The notes beneath the pieces are model-generated. The model worked only from the letters and a program-made list of their open reading frames with translations. It made no database searches and had not been told where the DNA came from. A stretch of DNA of 64,000 bases from an uncultured bacterium (GTDB lineage Bacteria; Zhuqueibacterota; QNDG01; DTFT01). Below, piece by piece: positions 10,845 to 20,062 of the stretch. The position numbers and the translations under genes are program-made. Each line of letters starts with the position of its first letter. Within the stretch, counting starts at the first letter, position 1. Where the stretch lies: contig CAVTNR010000005.1 of the NCBI GenBank assembly GCA_963736115.1, positions 32,001 to 96,000 on the forward strand. Reading direction: 5' to 3'.

Positions 10845-10919
10845 GACTCCTCCAAAATCACCGCAAAAAAAAACAACCCACCGATCGGTGGGCCGAAACT
10901 CCAGGCGGCGTGGACGCTG

Positions 10920-11005
10920 TACCGGGAGCCGGAATCGAACCGGCACGCCCCTTGCGGGACAAGGGATTTTAAGTCCCTTGCGTCTACCTATTCCGCCATC
11001 CCGGC
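10920..11005 (-). tRNA. tRNA-Leu(TAA)
   Basis: Reverse complement GCCGGGATGGCGGAATAGGTAGACGC-AAGGGA-CT-TAA-AA-TCCCT, long variable arm, GGTTCGATTCC. Confidence 0.95.
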
Positions 11006-11013
11006 CGATTCAT

Positions 11014-11089
11014 TGGAGGCGGCGAGCGGAGTCGAACCGCTGAATAAAGGTTTTGCAGACCTTCGCCTTAGCCACTTGGCTACGCCGCC
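11014..11089 (-). tRNA. tRNA-Cys(GCA)
   Basis: Reverse complement GGCGGCGTAGCCAAGTGGCTAAGGCGAAGGTCT-GCA-AAACCTT...CGCCGCCTCCA. Confidence 0.95.
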
Positions 11090-11094
11090 CTGTT

Positions 11095-11170
11095 TGGAGC
11101 GGGAAACGGGACTTGAACCCGCGACATTCACGTTGGCAACGTGACGCTCTACCAACTGAGCTATTCCCGC
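11095..11170 (-). tRNA. tRNA-Gly(GCC)
   Basis: Reverse complement GCGGGAATAGCTCAGTTGGTAGAGCGTCACGTT-GCC-AACGTGA...TTCCCGCTCCA; classic Gly-Cys-Leu cluster. Confidence 0.95.
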
Positions 11171-11239
11171 TTGTGTGACTCTCGGGCTGTAATTTAATAA
11201 ATTTCGGCGGTTTGTCAAGGATTAATTTAGGGGAAAACG

Positions 11240-11416
11240 CTATTTTTTCAACTGACCGACCGTGAAAAAGCTGTAAAGGTTGGGGCCGCATCCGTTCGGG
11301 CATTTATAGGAACGGAATAGTTCCAGACATTGTTCATAGGTCTGAACCGGTGTTTTATGAACGGTTTTGCATTTCTCGCAGACAATCACGAGTTCCTGAT
11401 AGGTGACTTCCTCCAT
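11240..11416 (-). CDS. Small Cys-rich putative metal-binding protein (58 aa)
   Basis: GAGAGGA RBS, MEEVTYQELVIVCEKCK...YKCPNGCG (CxxC ... CxxxC). Confidence 0.7.
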   Translation of the reverse strand: MEEVTYQELVIVCEKCKTVHKTPVQTYEQCLELFRSYKCPNGCGPNLYSFFTVGQLKK

Positions 11417-11541
11417 TTGTTTCCTCTCCCCCCTCAATTTCTTTATTATAAATATTTTAAGTAATAATTTTCAAAAAGTCAAGAAAAAAATGAATGTTTT
11501 TCGATTTCACGGAATAATATGAAACCCTGAGGATAAATTTC

Positions 11542-13308
11542 TCAGTTCTTTCCATTTGCATGCAATGCCGCCCGCCGCAGTTCCTCTTTTGCCTCTTCCA
11601 GCGTGAGCACGTCTGTCCGAATCGGAATGCCCCGGCTCTTGAATGACTCCATTGCGGCAGAAGCCGAAAGTGTGCCGAGACCGACCCGTTCCGGCTGATC
11701 GGAAAAAAAGAAGGGCCTCACGGGCCCGTCGTATCGCACGCGTCCCTTTTCAAGCAGAATCACCCTTTCCGCGAGACGGGCCACCAGATCCATGTCATGC
11801 GAGATGAACAGAACGGAACGGCCGGAACCGTGAAACCCTGACAGTATGGATTCCACGCGGATGGACGACTCCCAGTCCAGACCGGCCGTGGGTTCGTCGA
11901 GAACGATCCACTCGGGCTCCATGGCGAACACGCCGGCCAGCGCCGCCCGGCGCTTCTCCCCGCCGCTGAGGTGAAATGGCGAGCGGTTCCGGTACGCGTT
12001 GAAAGACAGACCCACACGCTCCATGGCCTCGGCCACAGCCGACTCCAGACGACTGCCGGAGAGGCCGAGGTTTTTCGGACCGAAGGCCACATCCGCGAAT
12101 ACAGTCTCTTCGAAAAGCTGCGTCTCCGGCAGTTGAAAGACCAGCCCGATCCTGCGCCGCACCTCGTTCAGGTCAGTCCGTCTGTCCGACAGGTTCAGGC
12201 CGTCCAGCAGGACCGCGCCGGACGACGGTCGGAGGAGGCCGTTCAGGTGCTGAATGAGCGTGGTTTTCCCGGATCCGGACGGTCCCACGAGTGCGACGGA
12301 TTCGCCCGATCCGAAGACCGCGGACACATCGTCCAGCGCGTTTCGGGTTTCGATAAACGGGGATCGGTAGGAATAGGAAAGATTTTCAAGTCGGACGTTG
12401 AACAATCTCGCCGCTAGCGGCGGGGGATCACAAGGGATTCGGATGATGGACGCCGCGAGGGAATGTGAACTCGACTCGTCGAGGCCGCCAGAAGCCCCCG
12501 TTTGTGAATCATTATTTTGGGATGGATAAGGACCGGGCTTCTGGCGACCCGATTCAGAGCGAAGACCCTCCCAGAAAACCTCGAGGCTGACCGATGCGGG
12601 AACGCCGACCGCGGCTGCCCGGCACAACCCGGCGTCCCGGAATCCGGTTTCGGCCGGGCCGTCGAATACGAGCGCCCCTTCACGGAGCAGGAGGAGACGG
12701 CCGCAGAAAAGGGCCTCGTCCGGATACTGGGTGACGATGAGGAATCCCGCTTCCGGCCGCTCCGTCACGAAACGCCGGATTTCCGCGCGGCCTTCAGGGT
12801 CGAGAAGCGATGTGGGTTCGTCCAGCACGTAATACGCGGGTTCCATGACCCAGACCGAGGCCAGCGCGAGCCGCTGGCGTTCGCCGCCGGAGAGCAGATG
12901 CGGGGGATGCGTCCGGACCGGATCGAGCCGGAACCGCCGGAGCGCCTCTTCCACGCGACGGACGATGTCCTCCGTATGGATGCCGAGGTTCTCGGGGCCG
13001 AATGCGATTTCCCGCTCGACCGTGGTCGAGACGATCTGGTCGTCCGGGTTCTGGAAAACCAGGCCGATGCGCCTGCGCAGAGGCATCAGGTCCCCGGGCC
13101 GAAGCACGGAAAAACCGTCGACGCGGACGTCCCCGGCGGACGGATGGAGCAGGCCGTCGATGCACCGAACCAGGGTCGTCTTGCCGGATCCGTTCGATCC
13201 CATGAGCGCGATCCGCTCGCCCGGCGAGATCCGGAACGAAACACCCCGGAGCGCGGGTGTGGATTCGGCTCCGGGGTAGACGGCCTGCAGACCCGCAACT
13301 TCAAGCAC
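11542..13308 (-). CDS. ECF transporter ATPase, fused tandem EcfA-EcfA' domains
   Basis: Two Walker A motifs (GSNGSGKTT, GPSGSGKTT), FQNPDDQI / FQLPETQLFEETV..DVAFGPKN, LSGGE signatures; GTG start overlaps the waaA stop. Confidence 0.9.
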   Translation of the reverse strand: MLEVAGLQAVYPGAESTPALRGVSFRISPGERIALMGSNGSGKTTLVRCIDGLLHPSAGDVRVDGFSVLRPGDLMPLRRRIGLVFQNPDDQIVSTTVEREIAFGPENLGIHTEDIVRRVEEALRRFRLDPVRTHPPHLLSGGERQRLALASVWVMEPAYYVLDEPTSLLDPEGRAEIRRFVTERPEAGFLIVTQYPDEALFCGRLLLLREGALVFDGPAETGFRDAGLCRAAAVGVPASVSLEVFWEGLRSESGRQKPGPYPSQNNDSQTGASGGLDESSSHSLAASIIRIPCDPPPLAARLFNVRLENLSYSYRSPFIETRNALDDVSAVFGSGESVALVGPSGSGKTTLIQHLNGLLRPSSGAVLLDGLNLSDRRTDLNEVRRRIGLVFQLPETQLFEETVFADVAFGPKNLGLSGSRLESAVAEAMERVGLSFNAYRNRSPFHLSGGEKRRAALAGVFAMEPEWIVLDEPTAGLDWESSIRVESILSGFHGSGRSVLFISHDMDLVARLAERVILLEKGRVRYDGPVRPFFFSDQPERVGLGTLSASAAMESFKSRGIPIRTDVLTLEEAKEELRRAALHANGKN

Positions 13309-14602
13309 GCGGTTTGACCCGTTCTTCCAGTCGACGCACGATGCGGTCCGTGGCGCCGACATTCTCTCGCACCAGGGCCAGCGCGGACGCGCCCGCCTTC
13401 TTGAGAATACCGGGGTCGTCGATCATGGGCCGGAGGACGCGGAGAAAGGAATCCGCGTCCCGGACGAGGAATCCGCCGCCGCGCGATTCGAGCTGACCGG
13501 CCTCGTGGGAATTCCTGCACCGGGGTCCGAAAAAAACCGGGATTCCGAAAGCCGCGGGCTCGAGCACGCTGTGCACCCCGGGCCCGAATCCGCCGCCGAC
13601 AAAGGCGGCGTCCGCCAGGGCGTAGAGGCCCGCGAGAATGCCGATGCGGTCCACCAGGAGCACGTCGAAAGCGCCGCCGGACGCGGCCTGAAGACCCGAA
13701 AGCCGGACACAGCGGAGTCCCGCGCCGGCGCACTGGGATTCAACATTTTCCAGGTGCTCCGCGGTGGGCTCATGCGGCACCCACACCGACCAGACCCTGC
13801 GTTTTTCCGCGGCAAGCGCCTTGAGCACCGGCTCGATCACGGCCTCGTCCGTGGGCCAGGTGCTGCCGAACACGATTCCGAAACGCTCCTGCTTCAGCGG
13901 CCGTAGAGGTCCGGCCACGGCATCGGCATTCTCCGTCCGACGCACGACCTGGTCATAGCGCGTGTCCCCCGCCACCTCGGGCTGGACCGACGCCAGTCGG
14001 AATTTCCCGCTCACATCCGCGGTCTGTTCCGAAACCGCGAGCACATGGTCAAAGGGCCGGACGCACATGCGGAGCGTGCCCCGGGTCCAGAACCGGCGGT
14101 ACGCCGCCTCGGAACGGAGCGAGAAGTTGATCAGAAACGCGGGAATGCCCCGCCGCTTGAGCTCGGCGGTGTGGTTCGGCCATATGTCGTGACGCACCAC
14201 GATTCCGGCATCCGGCCTGATAATGGAGAGGAAACGGCCGGCGTTCCGCCTGGAGTCAAAGGGGATATAGGTCAGGAGATCGGCGCCGGGAAAAGACCGG
14301 ACATTCTCGTACCCGGAGGGAGAGAAGAAACTGACCGCGATGAAGGCGGCCGGAAACCGGGCTCGCAGTCCGGCGATGACGGGTTTGGCCTGCTCGAACT
14401 CGCCCATGGAACTGGTGTGTATCCAGAAACGGGGGGAACGGCCGGAAAATCCGGCGGTTTCCGATTCGAGGCGGCTGAAAAGCCCCCTGCGGCCTTTCAA
14501 TCCGCGTCGGATCTTGGGATTGACCAGCGCACCCAGGAACAGCGCGAACCGGAGCATCGGCAGTACTGCCGCGTTGTATACCGCGAAATAGAAGGAATCC
14601 AT
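13301..14602 (-). CDS. waaA: 3-deoxy-D-manno-octulosonic acid (Kdo) transferase
   Basis: FWIHTSSMGEFEQ, SFFSPSGYE, GDTRYDQV, GSTW, VPHEP, FVGGGF..GVHSVLEPAAFG. Confidence 0.92.
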   Translation of the reverse strand: MDSFYFAVYNAAVLPMLRFALFLGALVNPKIRRGLKGRRGLFSRLESETAGFSGRSPRFWIHTSSMGEFEQAKPVIAGLRARFPAAFIAVSFFSPSGYENVRSFPGADLLTYIPFDSRRNAGRFLSIIRPDAGIVVRHDIWPNHTAELKRRGIPAFLINFSLRSEAAYRRFWTRGTLRMCVRPFDHVLAVSEQTADVSGKFRLASVQPEVAGDTRYDQVVRRTENADAVAGPLRPLKQERFGIVFGSTWPTDEAVIEPVLKALAAEKRRVWSVWVPHEPTAEHLENVESQCAGAGLRCVRLSGLQAASGGAFDVLLVDRIGILAGLYALADAAFVGGGFGPGVHSVLEPAAFGIPVFFGPRCRNSHEAGQLESRGGGFLVRDADSFLRVLRPMIDDPGILKKAGASALALVRENVGATDRIVRRLEERVKPRA

Positions 14603-15687
14603 CAGTTCTCCGGAATCAGTACCCGTTCGGCCGCGGACAGCACCTCCGCGGGTTCGATGTCCAGCATACAGCGGAAATGCCCCTGCGGACAGCGGTCGGT
14701 GCCGTGGTAGGAGCAGGGCCTGCACGCGAGCGGCTTCTCGACCACCGCGGAGGGCGCGCGGAACGGGAAAAAGCCGAAATGACGCGTCGTCGGGCCGAAG
14801 ACCGCGACGCAGGGGACCCGCAGAGCCGTGGCCATATGCATGAGCCCGGTGTCATTGGTGACCAGCAGACCGGATCGGCTGATCAGCGCGGCCGTGCCGG
14901 CCAGGGAGAAAACGCCGCTCAAATCCACCGCGGATCCGCCCGCGCTTTTCAGCGCCTCCGTGCAGGCCGTTTTGTCCGCCTCTCCCCCGATGAAAACGGC
15001 CGCGTATCCCCTGGAAATAAAGGCTGAGGCGACTGCGCCGAAACGTTCCGCGGGCCAGCGTTTGGTGGCGCGGCCCGCTCCGGGCGCCAGCGCGATGAGC
15101 GGCCTGTCGCCGGCGATCCCGGCCGATTCCAACCGGCCGGAGACGGCCGCCGTCTCTTCCGGATCCATATACAGATCAGGCCCTTTCCCGTCATCCCGGG
15201 CGCCGATCACGGAGGCCGCGGCCAGGTATTTCAACGGCACGGCCAGGATATCCCCGTACCGATCGCGGCGGCAACGCACCAGCAGGAACCGCTTCCAACG
15301 GCCGATTTTCACCGTGCCGCGGTCAGACGCGCCTGAGAGCAGACTCAGGAAACGGCTGCGCCAGCTGTTCTGCAGGTCGATCACCGCATCATACCGGCCG
15401 GCGCGGACGGCCCGCACCATATCCGCAAGACCCGCCCCGTCCCTGCCCCCGAACCCCAGCACGCGGCCGACGGACGGGTGGTTCCGAACCAGAGGAATAT
15501 AATCCGACTTGGCGAGAAAATCAATCCGCCCGGCCCCGCAGGCCGCGGCCGCGGCCCGAATGACCGGTGTGGCGAGGATCACATCGCCCATCGCGCCGAA
15601 CCGGATCAGAAGCACGCGCTTCGCCCGCGGGATCTCATTCGCGGCGGGCGGCATCCGGTATCCCGAGTCTGCGGCGGAACCTGTCAA
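14602..15687 (-). CDS. waaF: LPS heptosyltransferase II-like, glycosyltransferase family 9
   Basis: LLIRFGAMGDVILATP, APGA..TKRWP, NDTGLMHMA.A, FGPT, CRPC. Confidence 0.8.
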   Translation of the reverse strand: MTGSAADSGYRMPPAANEIPRAKRVLLIRFGAMGDVILATPVIRAAAAACGAGRIDFLAKSDYIPLVRNHPSVGRVLGFGGRDGAGLADMVRAVRAGRYDAVIDLQNSWRSRFLSLLSGASDRGTVKIGRWKRFLLVRCRRDRYGDILAVPLKYLAAASVIGARDDGKGPDLYMDPEETAAVSGRLESAGIAGDRPLIALAPGAGRATKRWPAERFGAVASAFISRGYAAVFIGGEADKTACTEALKSAGGSAVDLSGVFSLAGTAALISRSGLLVTNDTGLMHMATALRVPCVAVFGPTTRHFGFFPFRAPSAVVEKPLACRPCSYHGTDRCPQGHFRCMLDIEPAEVLSAAERVLIPEN

Positions 15688-15754
15688 TTCTGTTTTTCAG
15701 TCCGAAACCCTTTTTATCCGGAGAGCCTCTTGTCCGATAGCCTCGTAAAAAGCT

Positions 15755-15830
15755 TGCCCCGGACTTGATCCGGGGACGCTCGGCATATCGGACCTGCAAC
15801 TTTTTAACTCGGAACGCGGAACTCGGAACT
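15755..15830. repeat. Palindrome CCCCGGACTTGATCCGGGG plus a short GGAACTC heptamer run
   Basis: Hairpin at ~15757-15776; aactcggaacgcggaactcggaact abuts the ApbE stop. Confidence 0.55.
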
Positions 15831-16869
15831 AATCCATCGCGTCATACCGGTTCTTCAGCCCGGAGGAAATCTTCTGGCGCACGACGCCGTCCTCCTCGGT
15901 CATGACGATGCCCTCGACGTGCGGCAGGCTCTCGATGACCGCCAGGGCCGTGTCCGGATGGAGCGTGAACAAACCCGTGGCCAGGGCGTCGGCATCCAAT
16001 GCGGCCGGAGCCACCACGGTCACGCTGATGCATCCGGACTCAGCCGGAAACCCGGTCCTCGGATCGAGGATGTGGCAGTAGCGCTTTCCATTCTCCATGA
16101 AAACCCGCTCGTAATCGCCGGATGTGGCCACCGCCTCCTCTTCGAGTTGGATCACCCCGATGAGGCGGCCTTCCGGGTCGCGCGGATTCTTGACGCCGAT
16201 GCGCCAGCGCGGACGCTCCGGATGCCGGCCGAAAGCCGCGAGATCGCCAGTGGCCTCCACGATGCCGGAACGGACGCCGCTGCGGCGCAGGGACCGCACG
16301 GCCAGATCGATCAGGTATCCCTCTCCGAGACCGCCAAGGTCCATGGACGCGCCGCTGTTCTTCAGAAAAACGGTTCCGTCCCCGAGCTCGAGCTGACGCA
16401 TTCCTGAGACCCGGAGCCGTCGATTCAACGCGGCTTTGCCCGGGACGGCCGGGCGGTCCGTTCCGAATCCCCAGAGGATTTTAAGCCCTCCCAGAACGGC
16501 GTCGTATCCGCCGCGGGTCAGGCGCGACGCTTCAACGGCTTTGTCGATCAAGCCGCGGGTTTCAGGCCTGACCGCCACCGGCCGTTTGCCGGCCGCGGCA
16601 TTCACGCGAGCGATGTCACTGGTGTCCACATGCGCCGTGGTTCGTCCCTCGGCCGCACGCATTTCCCGGATGCATCGCTGAACAGCCGCCCGGGCGCCGG
16701 TTTCTCCGGAATCCGCTTCGTAAACCGTGATCTTAACGTGGGTGTCAACCAGAAAAGCTTCAGCGTTCACCGGAGAAGCGAGGCGGCCCCTCCGGCATCC
16801 CGGCTGGCTGGCCAGAAAGACCGATAGAATGAGAAGCACAACCTGATGCCGTTGAATCGATGCGATCAT
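15829..16869 (-). CDS. apbE: FAD:protein FMN transferase ApbE (probable lipoprotein)
   Basis: SDIARVN, MDLGGLGEGY, ATGD, W.IGVKNP, ATSGDYER, HILDPRTGFP, ADALATGLF; N-terminal hydrophobic segment ending in Cys. Confidence 0.92.
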   Translation of the reverse strand: MIASIQRHQVVLLILSVFLASQPGCRRGRLASPVNAEAFLVDTHVKITVYEADSGETGARAAVQRCIREMRAAEGRTTAHVDTSDIARVNAAAGKRPVAVRPETRGLIDKAVEASRLTRGGYDAVLGGLKILWGFGTDRPAVPGKAALNRRLRVSGMRQLELGDGTVFLKNSGASMDLGGLGEGYLIDLAVRSLRRSGVRSGIVEATGDLAAFGRHPERPRWRIGVKNPRDPEGRLIGVIQLEEEAVATSGDYERVFMENGKRYCHILDPRTGFPAESGCISVTVVAPAALDADALATGLFTLHPDTALAVIESLPHVEGIVMTEEDGVVRQKISSGLKNRYDAMD

Positions 16870-17942
16870 CAATGGCCTTCCCCGGCCCGCCGGAGCGCGC
16901 CGAAGCCGGTGCGTTCGGAATTCCGCTCCGGCTCCGGGAAATCCTCTTCCGGGTGGAAGGCCGTTCCGGTCCGGCCGGAAGCCGACCGGCCGCAGAGTAG
17001 AACCAGACCGGATCGGCAAACGGATTCCGGCAGTCCGGACAGCTGCCGGACCGCTTCGCCGAGCTCCGCAACCGCCCTCCTCTCGGCCGCCTCAGCGCCG
17101 CCATGACGCAGGATGAACGCGTGAATCCACGCGACGTCCGTGGCGTTCCGCCTTTCCATGCGGCGCAGGCACGCTTTCCGATCCGCGGCGCCGGATGCCC
17201 CGAGGCTGTAGACCAGGGGGAGCGTCCATCTCCCGCCGCCCGCATCCTGTCCGACCGGTTTACCGAGCAATTTCGCGTTTCCCGTGACGTCCTGAATGTC
17301 GTCCCGGATCTGATAGGCGAGGCCGAAATGACGGCCATACCGGCCCAGCGCACGGACCCGATTTTCGTCGGCGCCGGCCAGGCGGCCGCCGAGTTCGCAG
17401 GCCGTCTCCATCAGGCACGCGGTCTTGCCGAAGGCGACATCAAGCGCTTCCGCTTCGGAAGCCGCGGAAGCATTGCCGGACGCCGCCTGCTTCAGTTCCG
17501 CGGCCGTCATGGCAAGCAGGGCGCGGGACAGGGCCGGCAGGACGAAAGGCTCGGGACGGCTGATCGCCAGGGACAGCGTCTTCGCCATGAGGTAGTCGCC
17601 GGACAGGACGGAAAACCGGTTGCCTTCGGCCGCGTTCAGGCTTTTCAGCCCGCGCCGCCTGTCCGTTCCGTCCACCACATCATCATGGAGGAGGCTCGCG
17701 ATATGCAGGAGTTCGATGAGGACGGCAAAGCCGGGTACCGGCGGCCGTTCCGGATCCGCGGCGCCCTGGGCAAGCAGATGGAGCAGGGGTCGGAGCCGTT
17801 TGCCGGAAAGCAGGAGCGATGCCTTCAGCGCCGGATAGCCGGCGCTTTCCGCGGCGTCGAGCGACACGATGAATTCGGTTTCAAATCGCTCCAGCGCCGA
17901 AGCGACCGGAGCCGAAGCCTTCCGGAGCACGGCCGTGTTCAA
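16869..17942 (-). CDS. Polyprenyl diphosphate synthase (start uncertain, TTG ~17942)
   Basis: GKRLRP, ELLHIASLLHDDVVDG..RRG, GKTA, AYQIRDDIQD, GKPVGQD. Confidence 0.9.
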   Translation of the reverse strand: MNTAVLRKASAPVASALERFETEFIVSLDAAESAGYPALKASLLLSGKRLRPLLHLLAQGAADPERPPVPGFAVLIELLHIASLLHDDVVDGTDRRRGLKSLNAAEGNRFSVLSGDYLMAKTLSLAISRPEPFVLPALSRALLAMTAAELKQAASGNASAASEAEALDVAFGKTACLMETACELGGRLAGADENRVRALGRYGRHFGLAYQIRDDIQDVTGNAKLLGKPVGQDAGGGRWTLPLVYSLGASGAADRKACLRRMERRNATDVAWIHAFILRHGGAEAAERRAVAELGEAVRQLSGLPESVCRSGLVLLCGRSASGRTGTAFHPEEDFPEPERNSERTGFGALRRAGEGH

Positions 17943-18105
17943 GCCGCGGTTCCGGGCTGACGCGACCGCCTGGGAATCGATGTCCGTCCTCCGGCGGATC
18001 CGGTTGTCCCGGCCGGCCGGTCCCACGCTGCCGCGGGAACCGCCCCTACGAAAACGGGCGGGTCCATTCCCCGCCCGTTGACCGCCGGAAATGCCGGAAA
18101 CCGGT

Positions 18106-18450
18106 TTATTTCGACCCGAAGGAGGCGACCGCCTCGTCGACCGTTTCATAGGTTTCGAATAACGTGATGAGTTTGGTGATCACGAACAGATTCTTGACTT
18201 TCTCCGTGACGCCGGTGACCCGCATCTCTCCGCCCGCGTTCCGGATCGACGTGAGGCATCCCATGAGCATGCCCAGGCCCGAACTGTTGATCCAGGCCAC
18301 GCCGGACAGATCAATCACCACATTCGCTTTCTTCAGGCCGACCAGCTCGCGGACCTTTTCATGAACCGCCAGCGTCTCGGGACCGCCCATCAGGTTTCCC
18401 TTGACGAGAAGTACGGCCGCAGTGCCCTGTTCTTTCACGTCCACTTTCAT
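18106..18450 (-). CDS. STAS-domain anti-sigma factor antagonist
   Basis: VVIDLSGVAWINSSGLGML, LFVITKL. Confidence 0.92.
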   Translation of the reverse strand: MKVDVKEQGTAAVLLVKGNLMGGPETLAVHEKVRELVGLKKANVVIDLSGVAWINSSGLGMLMGCLTSIRNAGGEMRVTGVTEKVKNLFVITKLITLFETYETVDEAVASFGSK

Positions 18451-18522
18451 AAATGCCTCCGATGCACATCATCCAATTCCCGGGAAATGTAGCCTATTTA
18501 GCCGAAAATTACAAGAGGTTTC

Positions 18523-20043
18523 TCATTTTTCCTGAAGGACTTGCGAGGTGTAAACATAAATGTCCGCCCCCTCCTTCCAGGCATCGGGCGGCAGGCCCGC
18601 TTTCTCCGCACAACAGCTTTCCAGAAACTGCTCCCGCGTCCAACCCATATCCGTCGCCACCTCGGGCAGATAGGTGCCGCTCCGCATGCCCTGCCGGACC
18701 CAGATGCCGTGCCTGCCGACCTCGATTTCCTCGACGGAATCGATTTTCTTGAGCGGGGACAGGATGGAAATCTTGATATCGATATCCTTCATCTCGCGTT
18801 CCGTGACCGGGTTGTGGGCGAACCGGTGATCCTGGGTCGCGGCCGCAACGGCCATCTGGGATACGATTTCGAACAGGGGCAGGTCGGGCTCGAAATGCCC
18901 GATGCACCCGCGCAGGCGGCCCCGGTTCTCCAGCGTCACGAAAACGCCGCGCTTGACGAGCAGATTCGGCGAATCGATGCTGAATTCCGGGGGCCGCTGT
19001 TCGTCCAGCGCGGCAAGAATGCTCTGACGCGCCACACGGAACAGCGTTTTTTTCTCCTCCGCGGTGAATTTGAGCGATTCCGGTTCCACGTTGCCGCCTC
19101 CTTTACTGAGTGAACCCGCTGCACCGACGAAGGCGGCCGCCCCGTACCCGACCACCCGATCCGCGTCGCCGGTGACATCCCCCGAATGGGCATAGGCCAG
19201 CTGAACCGCCCGGTCCGCGCCCATGGCGCGGGCCGCCAGCATGACGGTGACCAGGGCGCCCGATCCGCACAGCGCGCAGTCCAGATTCCGGATTCCCCGG
19301 GTTCGCGATTTGGCCTCGAGCGCAAGAATCCGCTTCGTGTCGTATCGCGACACGGCCGAAAGTACCTCGCCGTCGGCGCGCCGGGCGTCCGCGGCGGACG
19401 GAAAATGCGACATGTCCGAACTGGCGACCAGCAGCACCCGCCGGCCGGCGCATGCCGCGGCGATCGCGGCCGCGATCCTGCCGGCCTGGTCATGCGGCAT
19501 TTCTCCCGTGAGCATCAACACGACCGGCACGCCCGGAAGCGCGGTCTGAATGAACGGGAGCTGGACTTCGACGGAATGTTCTTCGTCGTCAACGCCCGGG
19601 ACAACCGTGATCCACGGATCCGCGGCTGTGAGCGCGCGGACCAGGCCGCGATCGACGGCGATACGGCCGAGCGGCGTGGCAAGCGAATCCCAATCGGCAA
19701 TGGCCGCGCCCTGTAACGCCCGGTAATGGCTGGGCCCGATCACCAGGACGGCGTCGTAGGACCGGCCCGACACCTGCCGATAGGCCGCGGCCGCGACCGG
19801 CCCGCTGTACTCGTAGCCCGCGTGCGGGGCCCAGATGCCCCGGATCTCCCCTTCCGTGACCGCGCCCCCGGCTTTGGACAGACAGAGCCGGACCTGCTCG
19901 CGGAGTTCGGTCGCGGAATAGGCGTAGAATTGTCCCGCCCGGGCCGCGGGCCTCACCTTGGCCGCAACCGTCTGCCGCTGCTGGCAGAAAAACAGGCAGA
20001 ACCCGAGAACCAGCAGGGCAACGGTCCATCCGCTGCGTTTCAT
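18523..20043 (-). CDS. AmmeMemoRadiSam system protein B (MEMO1) fused to protein A (AMMECR1), with N-terminal signal peptide
   Basis: VRPAARAGQFY, APHAGYEYSG, GPSHY, EHSVEVQLPF, SSDMSHF, LCG, VVGY; then GVFVTL...LRGCIG, ISILSP, GTYLPEVA. Confidence 0.92.
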   Translation of the reverse strand: MKRSGWTVALLVLGFCLFFCQQRQTVAAKVRPAARAGQFYAYSATELREQVRLCLSKAGGAVTEGEIRGIWAPHAGYEYSGPVAAAAYRQVSGRSYDAVLVIGPSHYRALQGAAIADWDSLATPLGRIAVDRGLVRALTAADPWITVVPGVDDEEHSVEVQLPFIQTALPGVPVVLMLTGEMPHDQAGRIAAAIAAACAGRRVLLVASSDMSHFPSAADARRADGEVLSAVSRYDTKRILALEAKSRTRGIRNLDCALCGSGALVTVMLAARAMGADRAVQLAYAHSGDVTGDADRVVGYGAAAFVGAAGSLSKGGGNVEPESLKFTAEEKKTLFRVARQSILAALDEQRPPEFSIDSPNLLVKRGVFVTLENRGRLRGCIGHFEPDLPLFEIVSQMAVAAATQDHRFAHNPVTEREMKDIDIKISILSPLKKIDSVEEIEVGRHGIWVRQGMRSGTYLPEVATDMGWTREQFLESCCAEKAGLPPDAWKEGADIYVYTSQVLQEK

Positions 20044-20062
20044 AACCCGACCCTCCTCCCGA

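Noticed and set aside
10988-11303. Short ORFs overlapping the tRNA cluster, and ORF 45703..45951 over tRNA-Asn
   Set aside because: Spurious translations of tRNA genes and the attenuator
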